Part shown: in pieces, positions 41,280 to 53,743 of the stretch | Layout of the letters: every line of letters starts with the position of its first letter | Position numbering within the stretch: the first letter of the stretch is position 1 | DNA from: Octopus bimaculoides | Taxonomy: Eukaryota | NCBI RefSeq assembly: GCF_001194135.2 | Contig: NC_068982.1 | Coordinates: 111,449,156 to 111,513,155, forward strand | Direction: 5' to 3' | Length of the DNA: 64,000 nt | Program-made: the position numbers and the translations under genes | Notes under the pieces: model-generated | Told to the model about the DNA's origin: nothing | Databases searched by the model: none | What the model saw: the letters and a program-made list of their open reading frames with translations, nothing else

Positions 41280-41990
41280 AGAGTCCTATCAGAAGCAACT
41301 GTCATAGACTTTCTGGTTGGATTTTCAAGTATGATCAACCAAGACTATCCAACCATTTTCTTCTTGGTTTACCCCTAGATTTCCTGCTAGTTGACTCAGC
41401 AGAAGAATCCATCTTCAATTCTTTCCCATTACATTCTAACCATATGTCTGTAGTACTGGAGCTGTGACCTCTCCATTTAGAGAAGTAGTTATTCAATCTG
41501 GAGAAACTCCTTGTCGAAAAATTTTGTTCCATAAATTCTTTGAAGGAACACCATTTTGGCTGATTATATTTACGATTGTACTCTTTTGGCTATTACCCAA
41601 CATTCATGATCATAGGTGGGGATAAGCATGGAAACCAAACTGAAGATAGCAAGTCTGGCTTTTTACCAACTTCCCCTCTTCTGAGAATCAAATGTTGAAG
41701 CCAGCATTATGGTGCTGGCATCTGCAATTCTAGCATCCATTTCAGCTTCCTGCCTTCCATCACTTGTAAATACATACAGCTCCTAGATTCTTAAGCTTCT
41801 CCATTTGTGTCACTGATGCTCCACTAACATGCAGAGTGCACTAGCCAGATTTTCTTGAGAGGACAAGTGCCTCAATCTCTACAACACTAATTATCATCCT
41901 TGCCTTGTTCACTGCATGCTGGAGATCACCTTCCGTTGAACCAAGTAGCATCATGTTCTCTGCAAATATTAGCTGGCCAATCCTACACCC
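41280..41990 (-). mobile_element. RTE-clade LINE relic (RT motif C to C-terminus)
   Basis: Minus strand: QLIFAENMMLLG (LLFADD-like), [37 protein letters not shown]. Confidence 0.7.
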
Positions 41991-44414
41991 ATTGACTGTG
42001 GTACTACTTCCACAATGGTGATTATTAGAGTTACATAATGTAAATTATAAAATCAAGACTCTTGTCAAATCATCAAAGATGTGAAACTTTTAGATGTAAC
42101 ATTTGATTGTAGAAATGTTGACAGACCCAACCATTGTAGAGATGATGGTAAGTCTTGATTATGCAAACCTTATGTAAATGAAACATATGTAAAACGGTGC
42201 GACTAAATATCTTGCAAACAATCTCTCATGTTTTGTTTAATTTTCTTCATAAACTCTGTGAAACATCTAAACTCTAGATTCACTACAAATAATACAAATA
42301 CAATATCACAGCTGAGGTTACATATGAAGTTCTAAATACTGATTATTTGTCAAGCAATTTAAAGTTTAAAGTGCACAATATTTACACATGTCCACATGCA
42401 CACACACGTCATAGTTTCCTTATAGCAAATTTTACTCACAAGTTATTAGTAAACCTAAGGTTATAGTGCTATAACTCCTTCATAACAACACACACTATTT
42501 CTTTTCTGGTACATCTTGAAAAAGGGCCTATGTTCAAAATATTGATAATTTTTCTTTTTCTCACAGCAAATACATGTATATTTAGCTTACATTTATTTTT
42601 ATTCTTCTAGATGGAAAAGGCACTTGCTCATGTTCCCATGCAGTTAGATCAAATCTTGAACTATGTAGTTGTGGAAGAACCTCCTTAACCATACAAACAT
42701 TGTTGCAACTCATCAGTATCCTATAATGATTTTACAAGATTATATTGAGTAGTGTATTCCTTTAAGAGCTGTTTAATTATTTGATGTCCTGTTTCCTGCT
42801 CAGAATAAAATTTATCTGTGGTAAATCTGTTCTATAAGTCAAAGAGGTCTTTTTGTGTTACAGATACAGCAAGTTCAAAAATGTTTCCGCAACTCAATAA
42901 TGATACTTCTCCTACTTGTAATTTCTATGTTTATTGTCACTTGTACTTCATTGACAATATGGAGGTTCTGGTACTTACTGACATAATAACACTTTCCATT
43001 ATACCTATGGTAATCTTAAGACTATCTTTTATCCATCAGCACTAATATTTCACTGAAAAGTCAATTTTGTGTCTATCGTACTCTGTCCTTGCTAAAATTA
43101 TATTAAAATATTAGTCATTAAGTTAATCTTATCATTTCCTCACTACATCAGCATTTCTGATTAGATTTTTTTTTATCCACACAACATTAAACATATTAAC
43201 ACTAACTTAACTATCTGTAAAAACAAATACTTCAACAAAAAGAAAAATTACTCTCATCTATGCAAGCTTAGAAAAAATTAAAATGTCAAGCAGTTTGTAA
43301 ATGTTTTGGTTTACAAATTAAAGAATTTAGAGTTGGTATGTTGTAGTTGTTGATTGCTGTTATAAAGAGAAGAGAGTGAAGTTTTATGAAAGAATAAGAG
43401 ATGAATCTTTTCTGAGATGTAAAAGTATTTTTAGTTAATGCTTAAGAGAATTACACTGGTCACGACTGACCCAGAAAGATTGTCTTAAGAAAATGTTGAG
43501 TGAGACGAACAGTTGAAATGTCTTTCTAGTAAACAAAAGTCTTCAGAGTATTATATTTGTGTAATATTGGTTGTATGTATGAAAATGTTTGAACTGAATT
43601 GTTTAGCGATATGTATATTAAAATATATGAATCAGTGTGACAATTCTTTTGCAGTGTACAGAAACAAATATGTGCATGTAAGTTTGGGTACATGTTGATA
43701 GCTTTTGACTGTAAACAAGCTAATTAGAAGTTCTAGTATCGAATCTTTACGCTGCAGTTATGATACAATTTGCTGAGGGAGTCTAGTGTGAAGTGTTCTC
43801 TGAAGACAAATAGACAGGCTATAATGTTCACTGTGAAGGCTTTTCAGGAGATGAGTAGTCTTCTGAAACTTTTGTCTGTAGTTGGTTGACAAGTGGATAT
43901 AGTTGATTAAAGGGTGAAAGGAGAATTAATAAACAGCCAAACAGTCTTGATTAGCTGACTCAACGTAAACAAGAAAGCTTGTTCCTATGCAAAAACAAAC
44001 AGAAAAAAACTAACTCATTGAAAGCCAAGGTCTATAACTGTTGAGTGAAAATGGCCATTGAACTGAGAGTTCAGGTTTCAAATTTTAGAAAGACTTCCCT
44101 CAAAGCAGTAAAATAAATAAATAAAATTAACTGTTACATCACCAAGAATGGGTTTTAGGATAAGTTTGTGTTAAATCCCTAGCAAATCTGTCGGTTAATT
44201 TCCTCTCTGTGATTATTTTTAAATACGGTTAGATTTCAGGAATAAAAACAGATTTTTATATCAGAACATGTAGAAGAGATATTGCAATTGAGAGGAGTCT
44301 TAGTTGACTTTGAACTCAGAATGTATAGATCTGGAAAAAATATCTCAAAGTATTTTTCCCATATTGTGATGACTCTAATCAACCTACCTTGCTAAATAAT
44401 AATAACTGTTTCTA

Positions 44415-45690
44415 ACTTAGACACAAGGCCTACAGTTTTGAGGAAAGGAGGTTAGTCAGTACTAAACTGCTCCTTCAGATTATCAACCCTCAAGGAGGAA
44501 AAAGCAAAATTGACTTCAGTGGGATTTGAACTCAGAATGTAAAGAGCTAGAACAAATACTGGAACAGAGTAATTTTTCAGACCCTTTAATGATATTGCCA
44601 GCTTACCTCTACTAGTAGTTGTAATAGTAGCAGCAACAGTAGTAGTAGTTTTCTAATCTTGGTACAAAGCCAGCAGTTATTAAGGGCAAAGGTAAGTCAA
44701 TTACATTGACCCCCATGCTGAACTGGAACATATGTTGTTGACCCTGAAAGGATGAAAGGCGTAGTTGACCATAGCAGGAATTGAACTCAGGAAGTATGGA
44801 ACTGGGAAAAAATATTGCAAAGTATTTTTTCTTATATTTTAATGATTCTCCTGAGTAATAATAATCATTTTTAACTTAGGCAGAAGACAAGGCCAGCTGT
44901 CATGAGGGAAAGTGGTTAGTCAATACCATTAATCTAGTACTTGACTGATGCTTTATTTTATCAACCATGGAGGGATGAAAGACAAAGTTGACTTTGGAGA
45001 GATTTGAATTTACAAAATAAATTAAATTCAAATTACGAGAAATGTAAACAAACAAACGAAGTTTGCTTTTAGAAGCGTTGAGATGTCTTAGAAAGTTAAA
45101 GAAGTGATTTTAAATTCTCAATCGCAGGATAATGCTAATAATATAGCCTGAACAGGATAAACTACCCCTATTTTGCAGAAAAAAGTGTAGGTGGTTAGCT
45201 GTGGGATTTATTTACAAAATAAAGTTTGAATACTGCAAGGCATTTTTACCTACACTCTAATGATTCTGCCAATCCACGGTCCTGCAACAACAACAATAAT
45301 AATGATGATTTCAAATTTTGGCACAAAGTCTGCAATTCTGGAGGAAGGGGTAAGTTGATTACATCGACCCTAGTGTTCAACTGGTACTTAATTTATCAAC
45401 CCCAAAAAGATGAAGAGCAAAGTCAACTTCAGTGGAATTTGAACTCAGAACATGAAGACAGACAAAATTCCTCTAAGCATTTTGCCTGGTGTGGTAACAA
45501 GTCTGCCAGCTCACTGAATAATAATATTTTCTACTATAGGCACAAGTTGAAGAAGTTTAGAAGGGAAGGGAAAGTTGTTAATCTCAATCCCAGTACTTGG
45601 CTGGTACTTTATTCTATCAACTCCAAAAGGATGATAGGCAAAGTTGACCTTGGCAGTATTTGAATTCAGAACATAAAGAGTTGAAAGAAT
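44415..45690 (-). mobile_element. Tandem cluster of about 6 family C tRNA-derived SINEs
   Basis: Repeated ACAAGGCC..GTCAATTACAT..GACCC..AAGGATGAAAG.CAAAGTTGAC..GAATTTGAACTCAGAA units (minus-strand B box GAGTTCAAAT), separated by (AAT)n/(AGT)n. CpG-decayed. Confidence 0.8.
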
Positions 45691-48600
45691 AATAATAATG
45701 ATAAGGATACTGTATTCAGCATTATTATTGTTAATGCTTGTAGCGATATCAAAGAAAGAAGACTTTTTCACATTCTGTGTCGAAATAAGACAACTAATGA
45801 TTGCTGTCTCATAATGAAGAGATTCTTCACCATATAGTCTATATTCCAGAACATCAAGTCACATGCTGAAAATAGAAGCAGTCCAATGAGTTATTTAATT
45901 ATATGGCTATTAATTTTGCTTCCTTTTTTAATATTTATATTTTTATTTATATTTTATTATTATTATTATTATGATTATTATTATATGAAAACTCACACCT
46001 TATTTTGTTTGCTTGATCTCATATTTTCTTCTGACAGTGAGGCAAACAGGGTGAATGACATTTCAAAGTTTCAATTTGTCAGAAAGCTTGAAAGGTTTGT
46101 TGTGTGCGTGTGTGTGCATGTGTTGCTTTAACTTCTCAAGACCTCTTAGATTAGTGGAAGGAGTGCTGAACCAAAAGCTTGCAACAAAGTGGATTCCATT
46201 TAAAGGTACCCAATAAATTGTTGATGGTGTTAAACCATACAATGGAATAACATTTATGTAGCAAACCTACCTTAGACTGCTTCTTGTTCTATGATACAAA
46301 CTTCCATTTCAAAAGTGATCTAAATTAAAACCTTCCTGCATAATTTCATGTTAATTTATGTTACAAACACTAGCTTAATGACAAAATTATTTTACTGAAT
46401 TGTTATTTTCAAAAGTAATTGAAACAAAAGTGGTATATTCCAACAGAAATATGGTAACAAAAGAGTTAAGTCTGCCACCCAAGAACAAGAGTGGCTTCTA
46501 GTTTCCATACAGTTTCTCTCTTTTTAAATATTACTCAAAAGGCTTTAGTTGGCCTGAGGCAATAGAAATTAGTCGCCTAAGCTACTACACAATGGGACTG
46601 AACTTGGGCCAACTAGGTTATGAAGCAAATTTCTTTTACCACACAGCCATGCTTAGAATGAGTCAGATGATCAAGGTATTAGCTTGTAGAATGAGGTGTT
46701 TAATTATTAATTAGTCAGTGAAGGAAGACTGGTAGCTAAGATCATTAAAGGCCTACATACACTGTCATGATTGTCATTGTTGTATTTTCAGTTTGAACTT
46801 CTGATTATGAGTAATAAAAATGTATTACTGAGATATATTTCCTTGTGTGGTAACTGTGTCCTGTTGAATGAAACCGAGTCACCAGGCATCCACTGGTGGG
46901 TGTGTCAAAACCTCTAGTCACAAAACTGGGGCAAGTGTAACTTAGATGTGATGGACACTTCATGGGAAATGTTTTGGGAAGTGAAAAGTGATGTCATCTT
47001 CATAGAGCTCCATATGTATGTGCATGCATGTGTGTGTGTGCGTGTGGTTTGAAGTGACAGCTAGAAGGTTAAATATATGTACATAAAGGCAGTGTGTTCA
47101 GCCAATACAAAGGAACAACCATAAGGTATCCTGATCAAGCATTCTATCTATGATGATCTCATTTTTTAGGGATATGTTGAGTATATTATCCAATGTATTT
47201 GTTTTCCTATAGATGTGACTGAGTGACATTTGGCTACTACTTCTAGCAGTTGAGTAATCATCAAAGAACTTCCTCTTTGGCTCATATTGTGAATCTACAT
47301 CATCTAATGTGTCCATGATTTTAAGATAAGGCGCAATTTTAAGGAGATTTAGCTGTTATTTCTATAAGGTATAGAAAACATGTGGAGATCTCCTTGGTTT
47401 ATATATTAGTATTGATAAAATGTTTGTGAAGGAAAGCCTTGTCAACACAAACTGTGATGGAATTTCCAACCCGAGACAACAGAGATGGATGGTGCCCAAA
47501 GACAAGGCAAATAATTTATGCTTATGAATTTTTAATCCATTTACATTTATTTGTGTCTTCATTGTTATAATTTCATTTGAGTTGTCATTTATAGTCTATG
47601 CCGACCTTGTTGGCATAGACTATAAATAAAATTCTAGATACCTGAGTCTTGTAGTATAAGTATATATCATTTGTTATTCCTGTTAAAATTTTTTTTTTTT
47701 TCTGTTAACCTAGTTGGAATATCAAAACCAGTACAGCTAGTAAAGATAAAAACTAGCATTCCGTTATATATAAGATTAGTCATAATTTAGTCATCTACTT
47801 AATTTTTACAATGACCCAAAAGAAATACGTAACAATCCTAAAAGCTGAGCTTGTATTTAATACATGGGTAACATTTCTGAGCTGTTGACAGACTATAGTG
47901 TTAAAGACAATGTGAACTAACAATTTAACAATATTGACCATTGTATTTTCAAAGCATACAAGAATAAGGTTTATGAAGAATATATAAAACTTGTCTTTCT
48001 AGTTGTAAATATCCATATTACACTACAATATAACATGAATACTGACATACCTCCTGAACACATATTGATTATTGCTGAATAAAATGAACAGCTTTATATA
48101 GCAATACAGTTTTGCATATAGACAAAAGCTAGCTTCCTTTTCTACTAGATCCAGTAATAGATATTTAGACTAGTTCACTTGCAGTTTGTTGTCATTTTAG
48201 GCTTAATGCTTTCATTAAATTGCACTCTTAAATTTATGAATTAATATTATATTGAATGATATAACAAAATCTGGTAAAGAAAAAAAATCATTTTTGTAGA
48301 GTTACATCCAGTAAAACTTAACAAATAAGGGAGAGAAAAGTGTTACATTGTCAGAAAATGGGTTTTGGGTCACATTCCAAGGATTGTGAGAAGGAAATAT
48401 CAACCTGAGAGAATGGAACAATGAACAAGTTCAGGGAAATGGTTTATGCATGAATTGAAACTGCATCTCAAACACCTTTACCAGCACAACTACTCTAAAA
48501 TGTATGTATAGACACTGAAAGAACTAATGAAAAATAATTCGTTTAGAATTAAAGTGAATTCTATTAATTATTCAGTTAATATAAAACAAATATCACTCAA

Positions 48601-50610
48601 TTATATCCTTCATTTGATTTTATCTTTTTTAATCAAAACTAAAAATTATATTAATGTTTGTTGTTAATGTTATCATTTTGTGAACTTTCAATGTAAATTA
48701 GTCCAAAGTTAATTTTTAAAACAAATTTACACTTGTTTTATCAAAATCTAAATGACGTGTCATTATATCTTGTTGATGTTTTTGTTGTGTGACAATATCT
48801 TCTTGAAATTTTTACAGTATTTATGCCATTGATCTTTATACTATGTATCATCTATAGTTTTATATCTTTTTGGTGCTTTTTATATTCTTACAATATTTGC
48901 AGATGTAACAAGAATCAGATCAACAATTAACAAGAAGCATTAACATAGACATAGAGCTACACATTTTTTAAAGGAGAAATCAGTCAATTATATTGACACT
49001 ATAAGGATGAAAAGTAAAGTCAACATCACTGGGGTATGAAATAAGAATGTAAAGGTCTACAATTTAAATACCTCAAAGCATTGTGTCTGATGCTCTGCCA
49101 ATTCTATAAATCCTATGCTGCCTTCCTAACAAGAAGTATTAAAATAGTAATTAGATACTTGAATGATTGAGTTGAGTAAATTATTTGTAAGGTAAAAGAT
49201 AGTCATTGATTTGTTCAAATGTGACAAAGAAAAATCAGATGGGTCAAGTGGATCTATGTAGTGAAAAGATGCCTCAAGTTAATTCACAAGAGCAGTGACT
49301 GTTACAGTAAAAGTAGAAATGTCAGAGAGGAGACACAGCACACAGGTGGACTTGAAGTTGTGTGTTGGTAACTGAATCTTTGGCAATCAACCAGATTGTC
49401 AAACCTAGTGTGTGTGAGGAGTATTCAAATGGGGCTTTGTGCTTTGTAGAGAATAACCAACTGATCAAGTTGAGAAAAGATTAAACTCACAAGTTTTTAT
49501 TCCACATCAGGTTCTTATGACTCAAAAAAATAATACAAAATGTCCTGTAGCTACCATCATTATTGCTTTCTTACATCCAACTTTCTATGCTAGCATTTGT
49601 TGGATGGCACTTCTATAGACATTAGTATTGTATGGTTGGGTATCCTTCCTAACACCAACCTTTTAGTTGCCTCTTATGACATGCAGATACATGGTCTTCC
49701 TATTTTAAGAACTGGTATAAGATAATTTATAGGTTTTTAGTTGCCTTCATTCCAACTAGAGTAAAAGTTACAAAAGATTAGAAAAAGTTACATTAATAAA
49801 TTACTTATATTTTTCTCAAATAATTTTAAGAATTTGGATATTAGAATTGGAAATTTTGAAATTTTTCACAGATGAATGCTTTGCCTATCTTTTTTTTACT
49901 ATCATGCATAAAATGAAATGGATGTTGATTAGAGCCATCTCAAACCACCTACTACCATCTTAAAAGGAAAATTGGGATATGTAGAGGAGGGTACACTTAT
50001 ACCTGAAAACAAGACAATCCCTGTGGAACCCCTTGTGAATCAGACTGCCTTTGATCATATCTACTCAATCAGATTTGATCAGGTGTTAAACAACTCACAG
50101 GGGCTTTGAGTGGTATCTTGACCCACAAGAAATAGCAATGAAATCTCCTTCAAACTCCATACAGCTATCTTAAAAAAGGATGCTGGGATAGAATGTGAAA
50201 ATGCCTTTGCTAATAAGTTTGCTCAAGCAGGGCCAATTACGGCCTAACAACCATTATTCCACTGATCTGACCAGCAATTTAAATTCATAGCTATTGTGTA
50301 TATGTGCCACTTACTGTTTTACTTTAATTTTGACCATGTTTGTATAGGTGTAATGGTCTTTGCCTGAATTTTCTCTCCTCTTGTTACGTTCCCCCATTAA
50401 CACTTGTTACCCCCCCTTCTCCCTCTCTCTCATCCCAGTTAACATATATTCTTCAACACCAGTTAACACTTCTGATGGCAACCAAAATTTCTGCCAGAAA
50501 CATAAGATTTCTCTTCCATTTGGGCATAAAACTTATTCCAGTATTTGAATTATTTGTATCACTTTTTGCAGTGGTGTCATCCAGTTCTGTAATTCATGGT
50601 GTCATGATGC

Positions 50611-51195
50611 TCTAAATTACGATTATGTCAGAATTTGTTGTGAAGAAAAAAGTTTCCAAGGATGAGGAGAGGAGTTTCAGAAAATTCACACGAGTTGGCT
50701 TTGTCTCATCATAATTTTCAGAAAAATAGGTATTTTTAAATGAAATTTTCTACAAATGCCTTTCAGATGAAATAGATTACAATTATATCAGAATTTAATA
50801 GGAAAAAGAAATTGGTGGGCTCCCACACATACATACTGTTACACATCACATATCTACAAAATGAAACTTGTAATTTCTAAAAAAAAAAAAAATTGTGATG
50901 TGTGTGTCAGTATGTATATGTACGTGACCAACATTTTTATTTTTCATGTTACATTCTGATATAATCGTAATTCACACCATCTGAAAGGTATTTTTTTTGA
51001 AAATTTCATTAAAAAATATCCATTTTTCTGAAAGTTAGGAGGAAAGAAAGGCGCCTCGTGTGACGAAACTTCTCTCCCGGCCTTCGAAAAAATTTTCACA
51101 ACAAATTCCGATATAATACTAATCTAGACCGTCTAAACGTATTTGTAAAAAATTTCATTAAAAAACATTTATTTTCCTGGAAGTTATGAGGAAAC
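50611..51195. mobile_element. Foldback/MITE-like imperfect palindrome built of ~155-bp subrepeats
   Basis: Arm pairs include CAGAATTTGTTGTGAA/TTCACAACAAATTCCG, CACACGAG/CTCGTGTG, CCTTTCAGATG/CATCTGAAAGG, ATTACAATTATATCAGAAT/ATTCTGATATAATCGTAAT, ACACATCACA/TGTGATGTGT. Confidence 0.75.
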
Positions 51196-51436
51196 AAATT
51201 CGAATGTGGTGGGGCACAATTGTATAGGTATGCCAATAATAATTCCTCTATATCACTGGCATCTAATAGCAAATAGTGACATAAACAACTAACAAAATTA
51301 TAAATACGTCTTTAAATTACAGTATTAATAGTACAACCTATATATATATGTTTACATTTTCTTAAATCAGTTAGGAAATAAAATTCAATTCCAAGTTTAG
51401 ACTTTTAAAAGTCCATCAACATTATGTCGATATTAG

Positions 51437-51648
51437 TTTCAAGATTTGGCACAAGACCAGCAATTTTGGACAGGGAGTAAGTCATTTACATTGACCTACA
51501 GTGCTCGACTGGTACTTATTTTATCGACCCTGAAAAGATGAAAGGCAGAGTCGATCTCGGCTGAATTTGAACTCAGAACGTGAAGATGGATGAAATGCCG
51601 CTAAGCATTTTGCTAGGCGTGCTAACAATTCTGTCATTTCGCCGCCTT
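51437..51648 (-). mobile_element. Family C tRNA-derived SINE, CpG-intact copy
   Basis: Head AAGGCGGCGAAATGACAGAATTGTTAGCACGCC, B box GAGTTCAAAT, body ..TTTCATCTTTTCAGGGTCGATAAAATAAGTACCAG. Confidence 0.85.
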
Positions 51649-52364
51649 ACATTATGCTGATATTAACATTAAACTTTATTATTACATGAGATACATTAAT
51701 GATGTACAAACATTTTATAGACAATCATTTGGCGTCATACTCCACCATTTCGAGTGTCACAATGTTCGACCCGCATCGTTCTTTAAAAAATTTTTTTCCG
51801 ATGCAAAATATAATTAATTTCTTCGACATCAACTGTGTAGATAACGAACTAAAAGGCCATCTTTTGATAGTCATCCAGCAGTGAAGTTAGGGAGCGGTAC
51901 ATTATTTTATGTTACTCAACTCGGGTAAGACTCACTAAAAGTGAAATACAGTAGATGTTTAGATCCAGGTCAGCTCTAATTCAGCAAATACTTTCTAGCT
52001 GGGTCCATAGGACTATACTATCTATGGGTTGTTCTTTGTTGTTGATTAATCCTAGTGGACCTTGTTTGATCGGAATTATGATCAAAGATGTTCCATTCGT
52101 AAGCATCCCATCTTTATGTATACGTAAGACTGTTAAAAAAACCTTTCCTTTTTTCGAGATTTGCCTGCTATTTCAATTAGGTCAATACTTTTGAATTGGC
52201 CGACCATAATAGTAGCAAAACGAGTTAAAATCATGACAATTGTGGTCAGCAGTCACTGCAAATAGACATAAAACTTGAGTCACCCACATGAGATCAGGTT
52301 TGGAGAAGTAAATGAAATGTTACTGCTTATGATAATCTTAGTCTTCTATTATAACTTCATTCAT

Positions 52365-52770
52365 GAGTGGCTGTGTGGTAAGTAGCTTACTTACCAACCA
52401 CATGGTTCCGGGTTCAGTCCCACTGCATGGCACCTTGGGCAAGTGTCTTCTACTATAGGCTCGGGCTGACCAAAGCTTTGTGAGTTGATTTGGTAGAGTG
52501 GATTTGAAAGAAGCCCGTCATATGTATATATATATATATATATGTATATATATGTGTGTGTGTGTGTGTGTGTTTGTCACCCCAACATCGCTTGATAAGC
52601 GATGCTGATGTGTTTACGTACCCGTAACTTAGCAGTTCGGCAAAAGAGGCCGATAGAATAAGTACAAGGCTTACAAAGAATAAGTCCTGGGGTCGATTTG
52701 CTCGACTAAAGACGCTGCTCCAGCATGGCCGCAGTCAAATGTCTGAAACGAGAAAAAGAGAAAAGAGAAA
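52365..52770 (+). mobile_element. Family A SINE, near full length
   Basis: High similarity to 62168-62535. Confidence 0.9.
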
Positions 52771-52957
52771 TGCTTTATAGGAATAGGAAGAGAAATGGAA
52801 GTTTATAAAATGGAAATAAAGTGTTCTCTTTTTGCTATTGTATTTAAAATAAAAAATGTCATAAAATATCATATCAGGTAATCTTACACTTGAAACGCAA
52901 TGTGTGCCGTGCCTGTCGGTCACACTGGTTGAGGGAGACAAAGCAACAAACAGAGGC

Positions 52958-53219
52958 GTGGCTGTGTGGTAAGAAGCTTGCTTCCCACCCTCATGATTCG
53001 AAATTCAGTCTTGCTGCATGGCACCTTGGGCAAGTGTCTTCTGCTAAAGCCTCGAACCGATCAAAGCCTTGCGAGTGGATTTGGTAGACAGAAACTGAAA
53101 GAAGCCCGTCGTATGTGTGGATCGTTTGTAGAGGTCTTAGCCAGCAGTGTTTGGGGGTCTGAAGATATACTGTAACGCTAAGCGAGAAACCCAGGGAAAC
53201 CTCATAAACCACCCTACCC

Positions 53220-53252
<33 letters not shown>

Positions 53253-53520
53253 NNNNNNNNNNTGTGTGTGTGTGTGTGTGTGTGTGTGTGAGTGTGCGTG
53301 TGCGTGTGCGTACGTATGTATGTATCTTTGTCCCTCCTCCAACTGCTTGACAACCAGTGCTGGCGTGTTTATGTTCTCCTTATCTATCGGTTCGGCAAAA
53401 GAACCGATAGAATAAGTATCAGTCTTTAAAAAAGGTACTGGGGGTCGATACGTACGACTAAAAATTCTTCGAGGTGGTGCTCCAGCATAGTCGTAGTCTA
53501 GTGACTGAAACAAATAAAAG
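52958..53520 (+). mobile_element. Family A SINE pieces (head 52958-53110; tail about 53290-53520) separated by other sequence and a gap
   Basis: GGCGTGGCTGTGTGGTAAGAAGCTTGC head; later GAACCGATAGAATAAGTA..GGGGTCGAT..GACTGAAACAAATAAAAG tail. Confidence 0.75.
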
Positions 53521-53743
53521 GGTAAAAGATGAAAGATATCGTCCACATAAGGTGAATATGTGTGTGTATGTACGCGCACGCACACACACACACTATGTGG
53601 ATGATATTTACACCCGAGATTTTACAACCGTATCTGATTCTTCAAAAGTGCTTCTGTTCTTTATATATACATATATTTACTCGACTGCCAGCATTTAACA
53701 CTGGTTTCGCTCATTGTTTTGATATGTCATTTTTTCATCAAGG

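Noticed and set aside
44415-45690. CRISPR-like repeat-spacer array
   Set aside because: Units are ~210-bp diverged SINEs in eukaryotic DNA; no short identical repeats and no cas genes.
47098-47316. Protein-looking ORF MDTLDDVDSQYEPKRKFF... with a good start context
   Set aside because: Its ATG and first codons lie inside a family E repeat (GAAATAACAGC..ATCTTAAAA..GGACACATT.GAT.ATGTAG). No recognisable domain.
53155-53210. CTGAAGA...GAAAC second hammerhead candidate
   Set aside because: No helix I or helix II pairing can be drawn.
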